A DNA stretch of 63,379 bases, filler included, from Choristocarpus tenellus KU-1152 (Eukaryota > Protista > Phaeophyceae): assembly GCA_964200185.2 (NCBI GenBank). It is 13 parts of 13 records of this genome, joined end to end, with 100 filler letters (N's around TTAATTAATTAA, not from the genome) between each part and the next. Parts side by side here need not be neighbours in the genome. Positions count along the whole stretch, not along the records: positions 9,855 to 17,576 come from CAXNAD020005685.1; positions 17,677 to 24,385 come from CAXNAD020007513.1; positions 24,486 to 27,924 come from CAXNAD020020023.1; 10 more parts are not named here. The stretch is one strand, 5' to 3'. Position numbers and translations under genes: made by a program. Below the pieces are notes generated by a model. It did no database searches and had not been told where the DNA came from. It saw nothing but the letters and a program-made list of their open reading frames with translations. This document shows positions 12,357-25,379 of the stretch, in pieces (position 1 is the first letter of the stretch; every line of letters begins with the position of its first letter).

Positions 12357-14399
12357 CTATTGAAATGAGATGAAAGAAGTACGAAGCACTAAGAAAGACA
12401 CGCCATCCAACACGCAACAAAATGAGCAACAGAAGTTAACCAAGAGTAGAAACCCCTACAACAGTTTGCACACTTATTATCGACGTGGATATAAATGCCA
12501 CATCGGTCTACGGTTAGCACTGCTGCTGCTCTTTGCTTTTGGGTTATCGCCATGATTAGCCCATAACTCTTCTTTCATGGATATACTACTCAATATTCTA
12601 ACACAAGCTACCAACCACATCAGGGTACCCTAAAAGTGCAAGCTGCAAAGAAATAATCACCCACATCTCCAACAGGACAATCAGGCACAGGAAACATTTA
12701 CAGGGACGTGCAATGGCAATGGTTGGATCCTTCGCTGTCGACAGGACGCTTGGGAGGCGCAGCTTGTCGAAGAACTACGTGTTCCACGATGTGTCCAAAC
12801 GTCCAAATAACAGATATATTATTGTCCAAACCTTTCAAACACTCTGTATTAAGAGACAGAGTTTCATTGGTGAGAATCATGGCGGGAATTTCGGACCACT
12901 TGCATCTTTACAACGATCGGAAATATATGAATATATCCAAGATAAAAAAATAGAATGCGGAGGGATCAAAGGTTCTTGCAATATGGTACCATTGTAAAGA
13001 GTCAGGATACGTTGAAACTTCGGAATATCTTTGTTGTAACATCAAAAAAGGAACTGGAAAGTACAAAGTTGTTTGTTAAGTGTGACTCTAACTTCATAAC
13101 CACTAAAACATAGACAAGAGAACTGTACACAAGACTTGTTTATTTATTTTTGTTGGAAGGATGTCTCACTATTGAGATCAGTACGATGTAATATGTAAGA
13201 TACTTGCTATCACGATATTGAAGGGTCGAATATTTGCAACTATCATCATGTACATATCACTCTTTCCTTCTACTGAGGAGGTCTAGCCTTCTTACTACAT
13301 ATCATTGACAGGATGGTTGGCCCAGAAGGAAATTTGCTTTTTTGAATTCCCTGTATAAAGATCGAGGTAGGTCATCTCATTCAACACAGGTAGGCAGAGA
13401 CCCCCCCTGACAAAACCCACCCTTGTTACCCAAGGGTAACCCCCTGCTGCTGCATTTTTCCTCTGTTTGCTGGAACCCTATGCTTGCTACCTGATGGAAG
13501 GAGTTTCTCCTTACCTATGTCGTGGAGCATTCCTACTCTTCTCCCCTAAAATATGGTACACCCCCACCAGGTTACCTCGTATTGTTCGCTACCTGTCTGC
13601 GTTTGACAGGTGTTTGCGTACTATATCCTGGTTGGTAAGGTTCACAGTTGCAGGGGGGAAATTAGGAGAATGAGTGTAAACCCTAAGCATGCCCGTTGGG
13701 GTGCAAGCAGATAGATTAGATGGGTTGAGCTGAGCATCCTACACGCGCTGCCCTGTTACGATGGCGATTCCTGCGCTTCGTTCCACATCCTCGTCAGGAA
13801 ACTCGCAATAATTCTTTGTCCCTAGAGAAGGAATTTCTTGAGTATAGGAGAGAAATCAGGCGAGCACGATCGGCGAAAAATCTTCACACAACGTACACCT
13901 AATGAACGGAGTACAAACAAGAATGGAACGAGCACAGTACTTTGACCTCGTCTTTCTGGTTGTGCTGATATGAGTGTGGAAGGACAGTTCTGTCCAGTTT
14001 CGATACATCGGAATGTCCGATGAACTAAGTCCTTACCCCCATAGAGTCCCGCATCCACAATAAACGACAAGCTCATATTTATATGAAGGTCAGGTCATAT
14101 TGTCGTGGAGAGGGAGGAAGCAATATAGTTTGTAGTTGTAGAAGTTGTGAAAAGAATGTTCTTCAAGAGGTTCCCTACCAAAGAAACAACTTTTGCATTC
14201 GTAAAATATTAGATCAATATAATTGCAACTCTTTGTTACTTCAACGTGTCGTTCCGTTCGTTAAACCTCAGTATATCCATTACACAATGACATCAAGTTT
14301 TGGGATTCTATGTAAAAACATTATCTCAATAACCTTCAACCCTATCACTCCCACACCACACAACCCACACCACACATCCCTCATCTAAATAAAGTCATT

Positions 14400-16200
14400 G
14401 CTCAACTCCACACCAATCAGGTATTTAGTACAATACATAGTGCCTGATGTGCTTTGCACAAATGAGCGGACTCGCCAAGTGCAGGATCATGTACTTTCGT
14501 GGACAGCAAGAGGGAAAACACACTCCGCCATCTCAACAACATCCCCACCCATAAACCAGACTGTTACGCCGCCCATAATGTGACAATCGATTGTATTCCA
14601 CGGTGAGTGCACAGTATCGTATGGATATCGGTTCGACTTCTCAATTTGCCCATAATCAAGTGAAAGTCAAGATGAAGGGGGGAGGGATATGACTCTTCGG
14701 GCAGGAGGTGATACACACGCCACCCATGAGTGTAGCACTGCGCGAGTATGATTGCCAATAGACTAAATGCCAACAAGCTCCTGGGAAACGGAGTGAAAGA
14801 CTATAATATGGTCATCTCAAGTACAGTATCCCCCTTCACAAAGGACGTCATTCGAGTCACTCCCACAACAACAGATGCAGGTATGATGGAAGTAAAGAGC
14901 TTCATGGCTTATTACATTATGTTACCAAAGCTACACCTCTTCAACTTGTCAACAATGATAATGGTGTGTGCTTAGGAATACCTTTTGCCTATGTCTTGTC
15001 TGGTTTTTCTTTCTGTTTTCAGTGGATGATTGGCACTTGCCACAGCAACACACACCTCCATGCTCATTGGTATGTATAGGGGTGATGGCTGGTTTCTTAG
15101 TACAACTGTTTAATTTTTCTTGTTGTTCTCTTAGGTTGTCTTTGATTAAGTGGAGGCCTCATCATTGATGGACTTTGAACCTGTTTTCTTCTCCTAAAGG
15201 GGATGGACCTCATTGTATACTACCTCATGTTGGTGTTTCTGGAGAACGGATACCTGAACTTTTCTTTGTGCTGTATTCGAGTTCCCCTGTTAGTTTACCT
15301 CTTACCCTTTCTTCAATGTTTCTTCTTTCTTTTGTAATATTTCTGCATCTTCTGCCTCTACAACCTCTGGCCCATTTGAACAGATCAAACTACTGCATAA
15401 AGTATAGATTTTACAACAACTACAGCTACTACTACCACTACTATCACTAGATGGGAACCGATGGATATTTGTAACCTTTGTCAGATAGCAACCCTTCCCT
15501 TCTATAAATTGTCGAACAATTTTACAATTACCAAACACTATCAGTGGAATTGTTGGTAGAGAATGTGATAAATTTGTTTTGATGTTCTCTGGCTGAGCTC
15601 TGCCCTAATATGATGTCTTCACAAGACCTCTAGTTTAGAATCTCCTATCCACTCAGTTGGAAGTTACTCTCAGATCCCATACTTGTACATACATGCAGTT
15701 ACACATTTAGCTAGATCATCTCCTTCTGCATAAGTAGGAACTGAACTCCTCTTAACACAGCTCACCCCTGTTCCTCAGTACAGTCCCCTCCTGCCATGTT
15801 GCCATAGCAGTGTGTGTGGCTACGACCTGACAGATCTTCTCCTCCTTTTCCCCCCTGGCACAGGCCCCTCAAATTCACTTGGGTCCATCCCCTCTGCAGT
15901 CCCTTTCTTCCTGAAGCTGCTGGGGCACAGTGGTAACTAACTAGAGGAGATTATTTTTCCTCTTTCGCCCCCCCCCTAGCACAGCCTCTCCAAACTACCC
16001 AGGTACAGGTCTCTGCGTATGGCTTTCTTGTAGTACCCCATCCTGGTCATGAAAGGTTGGTAGTAGTCCATTATCGGCTCAATGGTAAATCGTATCATCC
16101 TAGTCTGGATGTGTGAAATTCCGTAGACAAAGGATCAGAATTGTTGCAAGTGTGCAACAGAGGAATATCAAGAGAACTGTAGTTCAAGAGAATTGTCGCC
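14400..16200 (-). mobile_element. Highly degenerate Ty3/Gypsy pol remnant
   Basis: Integrase-like GQIEKSNR at ~14628-14652 and RT-thumb-like FGNCKIVRQFIEG at ~15497-15536; boundaries uncertain. Confidence 0.4.
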
Positions 16201-19200
16201 ATATTTTCGTCTGAGTGTGTGGAGTTCAGTTAGGTGGGATTCTGTTGACAAAGTGTAACACAGTGAATGCGAAGGGTAGTGTAAGGACTATACGCATAAC
16301 AACATGTGGCTTTAAAGGCAACCAAGAGAGAAAAGAAGAATATCTTCATGACACGTTCGTCCAAGTCACAGAAATGAGCACAACAACACAAATGGAGTGC
16401 ATTCCACGCTCCCACCTTTGTCCTTCTGTTGCGTTGATTATAATATATATCCTGCACCTACTATCACCAATGCTATATATATTGGAAAGTCTGATCAACG
16501 GGAGTCTTTACTCCCTTGAGCCCACAAATACTATTGAATAATCCTTTGACGTTGTCTACTTTAAACTGCAGCAAGTAGGTTGCAAAGGTTGTTATTGTTG
16601 GGACGATTGCCTACAAATTCCATACTAACCCAGATGAAGAGGTAGAATGAAACCTGCGAGATTGTGAGTGATTCCTTGATGGGTACTGCGCTATTTTGTT
16701 CTCACAGTCTGATGGTGCTGATGATGTTCCGAGCAGAGCCTAGTGGTTCCTTCTGAAGGGACGATGCTGTGAATAATGTGACCCAATAATTGTGTATTTT
16801 CTTGGTTCAAAAATAGATAAATGAGAGTAATAGGAGAGAAAACAAGGGGGCAACCTGTGTATTTTGTCTTCCTGCTGAGTCAGTCCAACTCAACTCTGGT
16901 GATTGGGATAATAGACCTTTCTACATAAACGTTCTTGTGCAATCTTGGCTCATTATCATGGTACGAATGTTGGACAGTTGTTAATTGGGTTCTATGATAA
17001 GATATATAGTGGGATTGGACTTTGTTTCGACAAGAGGACATGATCACACTCAGAATAACGAGTGTGAAGAGGGGTGGCAAACGAAGTGAATAAAATAAAA
17101 TATGAGGGGGGGGATTTTATCCCTCTTGACTTGCAAGGCCTTTTTCAGGTCTTACACCTGGTCAGCAGTTACCCAGGCTAACACAAGGGAGATAGGACCG
17201 TGGGTCTATCCTGGGAAGTTTTTTATGCAACATGTGTACAGGATAGTTTTGTGAACACAACACATCTCACGTCCAAAACACTACTTTGAAAATTAAATTC
17301 TGGAAGGCACGTAATAATTCAGAATTCACGCGAATATCTGGTCTGACTCGGCCAACCTAAAACCTGGTCTAAAACTGGGACCTCGCCTTGTTTTTAAATA
17401 CTCAAAATAATATCTTGCCCAAGTTGGCCCATAGTCTGGGTCTCACTAAAATCCCTAACACCCTGGTTCAGTCCTTTAAATATATTCCAAGGCGGCTCAC
17501 AGCCGAGTCAAAGTATCTTAGAGGGTAGAGCCGCGTCCATTTGGGGGTCAAAATCCAATGTTGCAATTTCGATGTANNNNNNNNNNNNNNNNNNNNNNNN
17601 NNNNNNNNNNNNNNNNNNNNTTAATTAATTAANNNNNNNNNNNNNNNNNNNNNNNNNNNNNNNNNNNNNNNNNNNNGACAGCCGCCACCCCCCCCCCAGA
17701 TACTTTGAGGCTAGGTATTCCCCCTTTCCACACACAAAGTGACACCACAAATAGGGAAATATACTTTCTGCTGTTTTACAATTTATTTGTTTATTGCTCT
17801 TTCTGAGGATCCTTAAACTGGAATCCTGCCTACCTCTCAATTGGTTTGCTGATTGGGATTGATGGAGTAGGAATATTATACTGTTGTTGGAGATCTAGGA
17901 TCTGGTTCTGTTAATAATTCAGCCCGTTGTTCTATAGTCTCTGTCGTAGTGCCTGTATGTAGAGATTCATTCATTGAGCTTTTCATGCAAATTTTCACTT
18001 GAGATTAAAGAATTTCATCTATCTCCCGTTACGATTACAAAGCGTTTATGTTGTAACTCGAGACCTTTCTTGGCTACACCGATATAAATTAATTTGCTCT
18101 CCAACACTTTGTAGATTTGTCAGGGAAAATGCCAAACCAATATCAAAAGGACCCCTGTAAAAGTATCAGTTGTCGCAAATGTGAATGATTTCTCTAATTT
18201 TTTTTTTACTATTTGAGTATATCAGCTATACCACAACACTCACTTCAAAGGCTCATCATTACAATGTTAAGAGCACACTGCGCCTATGATTAAGGTCGAT
18301 ATCCAAAATTTTAGGTGATGCCGTTTCCAATTGATCATTTTTCTGTTATACTTTGGAATACCTATTAGGCATTCTTCGATCTCCACATGATGTACGCTCG
18401 GTTCAATGCATATATTATCTGGTAAGTCCTTACAAAAGCAAACAAGTGAAATAATAGCGGATATCAGTATGCCAAATATGAGTAATGCTATCAACATGGT
18501 CAGGGGGATTCGTACAAAGGCAGGATCCAAAAATGAAGCAAGCATTACTGCCCGTATATATAGTCAAGAAATGTCAATGTTATTACCAACTGAAAATGTG
18601 ACACGTGTGACACGAGTTGTAACCAGACCGATCTAAGTGATAGAACAATTTAAGTTTTTAATTAGTGTGGAGTCGCAGAAGATAAAAATAGTGGCTCAAA
18701 ATACAAAGCGCCCACAACTTGGGTACCTCTCATTTACTTTGACTCTCTCCAAAAATTGCAACGAACACAGACCTACATCATAAATGTTAAGGTGCAGGTG
18801 TTATTGACCTGTCAATTTGTTAAAAAATAATTGATACGACATCGATCGGGTGTATAAATGATACAAGAAGGAAATGTTGAACGTGTTAGATTGGTAAGTA
18901 AGTGGTAAGCACGAAAAATATGACATACGATACTATGATATCTTGTTACAACAATAATAGTGAGATTCTTTTCTAGTTAGTTGTATCATTATATTAGTTG
19001 CAGAAAAAGTTTTCATCTACTTTTTCATCTATTTTTTCCACAGAAACCACTTCGAGTTGTGATGTGTGGAGATAAATCATTTCACTTATTAATACTTCGA
19101 CCTAGTAAGTATTTTAAGCAAAAAAGGGGAGAGAAGAAATTCAGGCACCCTCGTTTTAGTATTTATACATACATATATATATATATTATTAACCATATTT

Positions 19201-22200
19201 TTTTCTATTTCTCTACAAAGTTCCAAGTTGTGACTGGTTGCAAGATTACTTACCTATATGCAACGCAGGAAGAATTGTTTTCAGTATCTGGAAAAATTAT
19301 GTAGCTGGAACGTATTCACTCTTCTTGTCACCAACCTTAGAGATTTTATCGTTTCTTCTGGAATCGACTTCTTCTACATTCTCCAATTAACTTCAAGTGA
19401 TCATCAACATCAACAACCCTGCATCAACAGCACATACATAAGAAGATGAAGATCGCACAGCAACTTCGCCAAAACAACATACCTTCACTCGATCAAATAA
19501 TCTAACCACAACTTCAACCTCATTCCCAAAACTTCACCTCTAAAAACGCAGTCCAACCGCTTGTCTATGTTGTCTATGTAGTAGGACTCAACACCCGTAT
19601 CTGATTCAAAACCATAACACTGATCCTCAAACTTCAACCTTCACCCCCTCCACCCTACTTTATTGACTTTTTTTGTCAAGGTACCTGTTTATCCTATCTA
19701 CACGTTAGGTTCTTAGACCCCACAGTTTCCACGCAATCGAAAACGTCAAGAAGTTGAACAAACGAAAGCATCTGCTCGTAGTTCCCTCAACTTTTACATC
19801 ATTTCTCATCTTGTAATTCGATCACTATCATCATTCAAATTTCCGTTCAACAAAGTGATCAACACTGCAACAATAAGTTAAGTTGTACTTTCAACATGAT
19901 GACATAATAATAGTGCAAAATAGTAAGATACATGTCATTTCATTACTATTATTGCTTCAAATCTCTTTTCAAATGAAAACAGAAATACAATATATGTATA
20001 TATATATATATCCTTCCCTCAACTTGGTCAAACTCCCACACGTAAATTTCTTTATCTAGCACCATGGTGCTAGGGTAGTAATAATGTGTAGTAGTAGTAG
20101 TGGTAGTATTTTTTAACTGCTGCTAGTAGTGAATGGAGTATTTTAGGAGCAATGTAACAACATGGCGCCTACTGAGAACTTGCATATTCAGGCTGGCTGC
20201 ATCACCTGTTGCACATGCTATACGTAGCGCATCATCCATAATTGCCTCTCTATTCCGTCATGGACGCAAGAAAAAAACACATAAAACCATGACGTGTAAT
20301 TACTGTACGCAATATACGTGTCTACATATTCTGTTATTTTACTCCATTTTGTTCGCTCGGCCTCCATTACATCAATGTAATTGCATCCCCATCACACATC
20401 TTCCCATCTCCTCGTAACATTTAGGTACATGAATGTGTTCGATCTAGGCAACAAAAGGATAGACAACCTACAAAAAAAGAACCGCAACCCAATTGTCTCA
20501 AGAAAGAGACAAAAAGCACAAACCACTTATAGCACAATCGATCATGTATGCAGGTGAAAGCAACAAGTATCTACCAATAGCACGGCCAGTCAGCCAGTCA
20601 GGACAATAACAATGAACTCAGCTAAAAAAAAGCCTGTCCCATTGCTAACAAATGAATAGAATTTACAGTGTGTAGTAGCAGTATGAGAAGGGTCGCAGTT
20701 GATGTATCTTCACCTAGCTAGGCTGGATATTTTTTGTTATTTTTGAGACAAAATAACAAGTCATTCGACAGAATTCAGTTCTCACACTTCCTCTTTGTTA
20801 AAAATACTGCTTGCACCTCAACTATTTAGAAAATAGGAAAGAGAACAAAACACAACCCTTATCTTACTCAAGTCAAAACCAAGATGACAATTCAGAGGCA
20901 AGCAAAGCAAGGAGTACAACCCAACGAACACCAACTGCTACACAAAAATGCCTCCATATCAAATCTGGCTCAGCACAGTCTGCAGCAGCATGCAGTTTTT
21001 TGACACACACCTATTGTCGCAATTGACTACGAACTAAAACTCATCAACATGCAACCAGAGCGATATTAAATGTGAATAAGATCAGGGAAGAGGAATGGGA
21101 GGTGGGGTGGGGGTGTGGGTATTGTCCTACCATACGAATATGTCTGTCTTAGGCACACTCCACACACCATTGACCCATCAACTCAAACAACAAAATTTGA
21201 CATTACTCTGTCTTCATCAGAACCACTGCTCTCTTACCAACTGCCATTATCTACCTACGCCAGTTGTTGACACCAAACTCCTCAACCAAGCAGAACATGA
21301 AAACTTTGAAACAGCTCCGGTCTGCTTCTTTTGCTGCTGCTCTCCTCAGTGACCAACGACACTCAACAAGCAGTAAGCAACAGCATCCAGCACTCACAAC
21401 ATGGCAAGCAATGCACCTCATGTAGAGGATACATCACTTGGGGTTACGCCACCCCTCCCTCTTACCATTCCCTCTTTGTCCTCTCAGCATATATGTGCAT
21501 AATACATCAATTTTTTTGTGTCAAAGCATACACATTTTCACCTCTTTATTCCACACACACACGCACAGCAAACAACCTTACTGTAGGAGTAATTGCCAAC
21601 AAAGTGATCGACTCAAAGACCACCTCAATGTGAGCGTGGTCCTCCCATCCACATTCTCCCCCCCACACAACATCCCAGGAACTTAGCTGCAGTAACACAA
21701 AGAAACAATGGTGCTTCCACATCAAACCATCAAACCATCAAAACACCAGTAAGGAACAAAAACAGGACCTGGCTCGCTTCTTGACGGTGATAAGATGCCC
21801 CTCATAGAACATATCCCATCCTACTTCCACCACAAAAGTGAAATGCTTCTTTCAGGTATTGGCTATTAAACAGATTCTACCGCCCCTACCCCTTCTTCCC
21901 CCAAGATTAGTAGCGTACTTTGCAACATATTGAAGTGCCATGGGGTCCACAAGTGCGTAACTGCCCTCAAATGTTCTCCTTTCTGGTAACACCCCTCACA
22001 CCCTCAGCCTTCACCCCACAGCCACGGATCCATTGCATCCCCTTCACTTTATTCTTCCATGGATCAGACAAGGACCCCAAATGTGTTGTACCCTCACCAG
22101 CACACTCAACTCTATTTGTCCCTCTCCCTTCCATGCCCCTGCAATCCCACTACATTAGCAAGGTTACACTAGTGGGTTGAGAAGACAGCCCACTCTTACC

Positions 22201-22611
22201 ACAATCACCCTATAAGTGGAAATAGGGCACCATCCTATGCCCCACTACCACCACCCCTTCCCCTACAAAAGATATCTAAAAGACATCTCGTGCAGAACAA
22301 GAATACTCCCATGAGAAAGAACCTCTGCCAACTAAGGCAACCAATCTCTTACAAAATGCTTTACTCAACCAACACCTCAGTAGAAACCACATCACTTAAG
22401 ACTAGAACTGCCTATTCTCCTTGACCAATCTTGTGGCGCTCCCTCCACTGATGCACTCCCCACCCAATCACCTCCTACACTAAGAAGCCCCAAGGGAACA
22501 CCAAGAGTTATCCCCTGACCACAAGACCTACTTCCCCCACCCAATCAGGTCACCCACCGAGCAGACCCAACCCCATCAACTTGAGTCCAGCAAGAGCTTT
22601 TTAGCTTACGA

Positions 22612-23403
22612 TCAGGGAATCTTCAGGCCACAGTCCTTGATCACCTTCTCCAGGAGTGCAATTCGTGCTTTGGCTGTGTCAAGCTGTGGGAGGTACAGGA
22701 ACATAGGATACAGGCTTTAAGGGTACAAGAACCAAACAACATCACCAAAGAGTCGACATGGAGGCAAATAACATCGAAGTGCTACGGATTACACCTTATC
22801 TTAGCTCCCAAAACATCCCACCTCACTGCCCAATCCACTCTTCAACAATGGCAAAACGAAACAAATACTACAAACAGAATACTTCAAAACACACATCATA
22901 AAAAAAAAATGAATCTAGGGGGGCAAAATCATATCCCTTCCCCCTTCTGCTACACACTATAAATCCTAATGATAGTTGTTCCTAGCCTAGTGCCAAACAA
23001 GAACAGACTCCCAAAACAACCCCATGCAACAAACGGGGCCTAACACACACACTACCTCTCCCCCAAGTACCTCACTCCGATCAGAAAATATCACAATACT
23101 CAACAAAAGATAATGCAGGCAAGGGATGCATTATCGGACAGCACTGTCTACTCTTAGACAGTAACCACCCACCTCTCGCTGCAAGTCCTTAGAGCTCTTC
23201 AGCGGAGTAAATGCTGCTGCCTTCTTCTTAGAAATTGCAGACACCCCGGAGGACCCTTCCCCTGCCCCACTGCTGCCTGGCAGCCTTGGCCGCAGGTCCA
23301 TGGTCTTGGGAGGCTTGTCTGAACCTGCTAACCACTCATCCGCTGAGTGTGAAGCCTTACCCGAAAATGTGGGGGGAAACAGATCATCCTGGAAGGCGTC
23401 CGA
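22612..23403 (-). CDS. Coronin, last two exons (23173-23403, 22612-22683)
   Basis: SDAFQDDLFPPTFSGKASHSADEWLAG matches the coronin signature (RK)S..FQ.DL(Y/F)P.T......A.EW..G, followed by a linker and the terminal coiled coil LQRE-LDTAKARIALLEKVIK; phase-0 GT-AG intron; TGA at 22612-22614. Confidence 0.9.
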
Positions 23404-24485
23404 CTGCATTTTGTTCGTGTTTTTCAATGAGTGGAGAAGACAGGGGGGGGGGGGCAGGGAGAGGGGAGGTATTGTCAAGAGGATATGAATACAGGCACCC
23501 CCACAAGACAATTACCATTTATGCCAAACGATTGATAGGTCCATCACTCAAGTTACCTCTTACGTTTAATACCATAGCATCACTCACTTCTAGGACACAA
23601 ACACAAAAATACAGCTGTGTGAGATTATTGGAGTGCAGATATGAATTGCTGATGCTCTACAGTGAAATTATGCATGCATATATATAATAGCGAAGAGCAG
23701 AAGGTGGTAGTCATCAAGTCCACAAAAAAGACTCGGAAGGTCTTAATGAAGTCTCTGGGAGAGACTCTTCAACTGCTCAGTTTTCCTTTAAAAAATACAA
23801 ACTGCACATTGTGACTCCTCCACCAACACCTCCTATCCTCTGAGTTGACTCTAACGTTGCATTAGCACATAAGAGAAGAGCAAATGCTCCAGGCATGCCC
23901 TCGGCAGACAGCCTGGCATCGTGCACTGTGATTCATGCTTCAGAGGACAACTATTAGGTGGACATAGAACAACCCACCCGATGTTGTGTATGAGTGGAAG
24001 GGGGAACTTTTTGTCACCTCCAGCTTCATGTTGCTTTCTCAAAGTTCCTAAATTGTTTGGATATTTGTGTCATAACATTTGCCTGCACCAAGACGGCCCA
24101 GGTTAAAATAGGACCAAATTTTGCAATATCAACGAGACCTACCAAGAACCATAACGAAGCTATCTACACACACCTCATACAATCCACAAACTCCAATCGA
24201 TTGGTGTACATCATGGGGCAAAAACGATAGGGAGCACAATGTTCAACACAGGAAATGTGTTCTCAACTTGACCTTCAGCACGAGAACTGAGACAGGACAG
24301 GACAGTCCTACATATGCTAAAGAAAACTACAATAGCATTACAAGAGCACCCAATCTAAGTGCAATGGGGCTGGGGCACCCCCCCCNNNNNNNNNNNNNNN
24401 NNNNNNNNNNNNNNNNNNNNNNNNNNNNNTTAATTAATTAANNNNNNNNNNNNNNNNNNNNNNNNNNNNNNNNNNNNNNNNNNNN

Positions 24486-24998
24486 CATATGCTGATGCTA
24501 GTTATGCTGGAGACTGGAATGATCGTAGGTCAGTGACTGGAGGAGCAATTATGTTTGCAGGAGGAGCAATATCTTGGACGTCAAAGGTGCAAAGAGTTGT
24601 AGCTCTGTCTTTCACAGAGAGTGAATACATAGCACTTAGTAGTGTGGCACAGGAATTACTTTTCTTGAGGAGTGTTTTTGAGTTTATTCAGCCACAGTTT
24701 CCTAGACGTTGCATTGATTTGTTTGAGGATAATGATGGTGCATGCAAACTAGTACGAAATGACACAAGCTCTACTAGAACAAAGCACATAGATGTCCTAC
24801 ATCATTTTTTAAGGGATTTATCTAGAAAAGGAGAGATTCGTGTTATTTATGTTGGTACTGCAAATCAGAGGGCAGATGTCTTGACCAAGAATTTGCCAGT
24901 TCGAGCTTTTAGACAACATGTGAAGTTTTTGATGAACATGTGACACAACGTTTTTTTTTTTGAGAGAGAGTTAATACTTGTTTTCAGCAAGGGGAGGA
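24486..24998 (+). mobile_element. Ty1/Copia 3' end: RNase H domain and polypurine tract
   Basis: YADASYAGDWNDRRSVTG...ISWTSKVQRVVALS.TESEY...EDN...RTKHID...Q.AD.LTK, stop at 24943; PPT AGCAAGGGGAGGA immediately before the LTR. Confidence 0.95.
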
Positions 24999-25137
24999 TG
25001 TCGATTAACCTAGTGTTATCCTTACGTTGTTTGTGCTGACACAAGTATACAACGTAGGTTATACGTACGTTTATATTTGGTTAGGTATGATACAGAATAC
25101 GTATATATATATGTATATAAAATATAATAAGTCAACA
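24999..25137 (+). repeat. Putative 3' LTR (~139 bp) of the Copia element
   Basis: Starts TGTCGA directly after the PPT and ends TCAACA (imperfect inverted ends). No partner LTR is visible. Confidence 0.6.
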
Positions 25138-25379
25138 TTAATCCACACGTCAGTGATGATGGATGGTTGACAGGCAACTAATAATTCAGTGTGTGCTTTA
25201 CCATGTAATTCAACTGCTAGCTTCTCAACACATGATGGGGTATTGCTATGCATGGCAACGTGAAGAACGGCGATGCTCGGAAGACCAGGGGATCAGCTGG
25301 AAGCAGCCTCAGGCCAAATCAATGTGGATACTGTTTAAGGATGAACCATCGATGGCAGAATTGCTACCGATACTAAAAT

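Noticed and set aside
18267-18636. Overlapping ORFs, one with a hydrophobic stretch
   Set aside because: No recognisable domain or convincing splice context; AT-rich, repeat-adjacent DNA.
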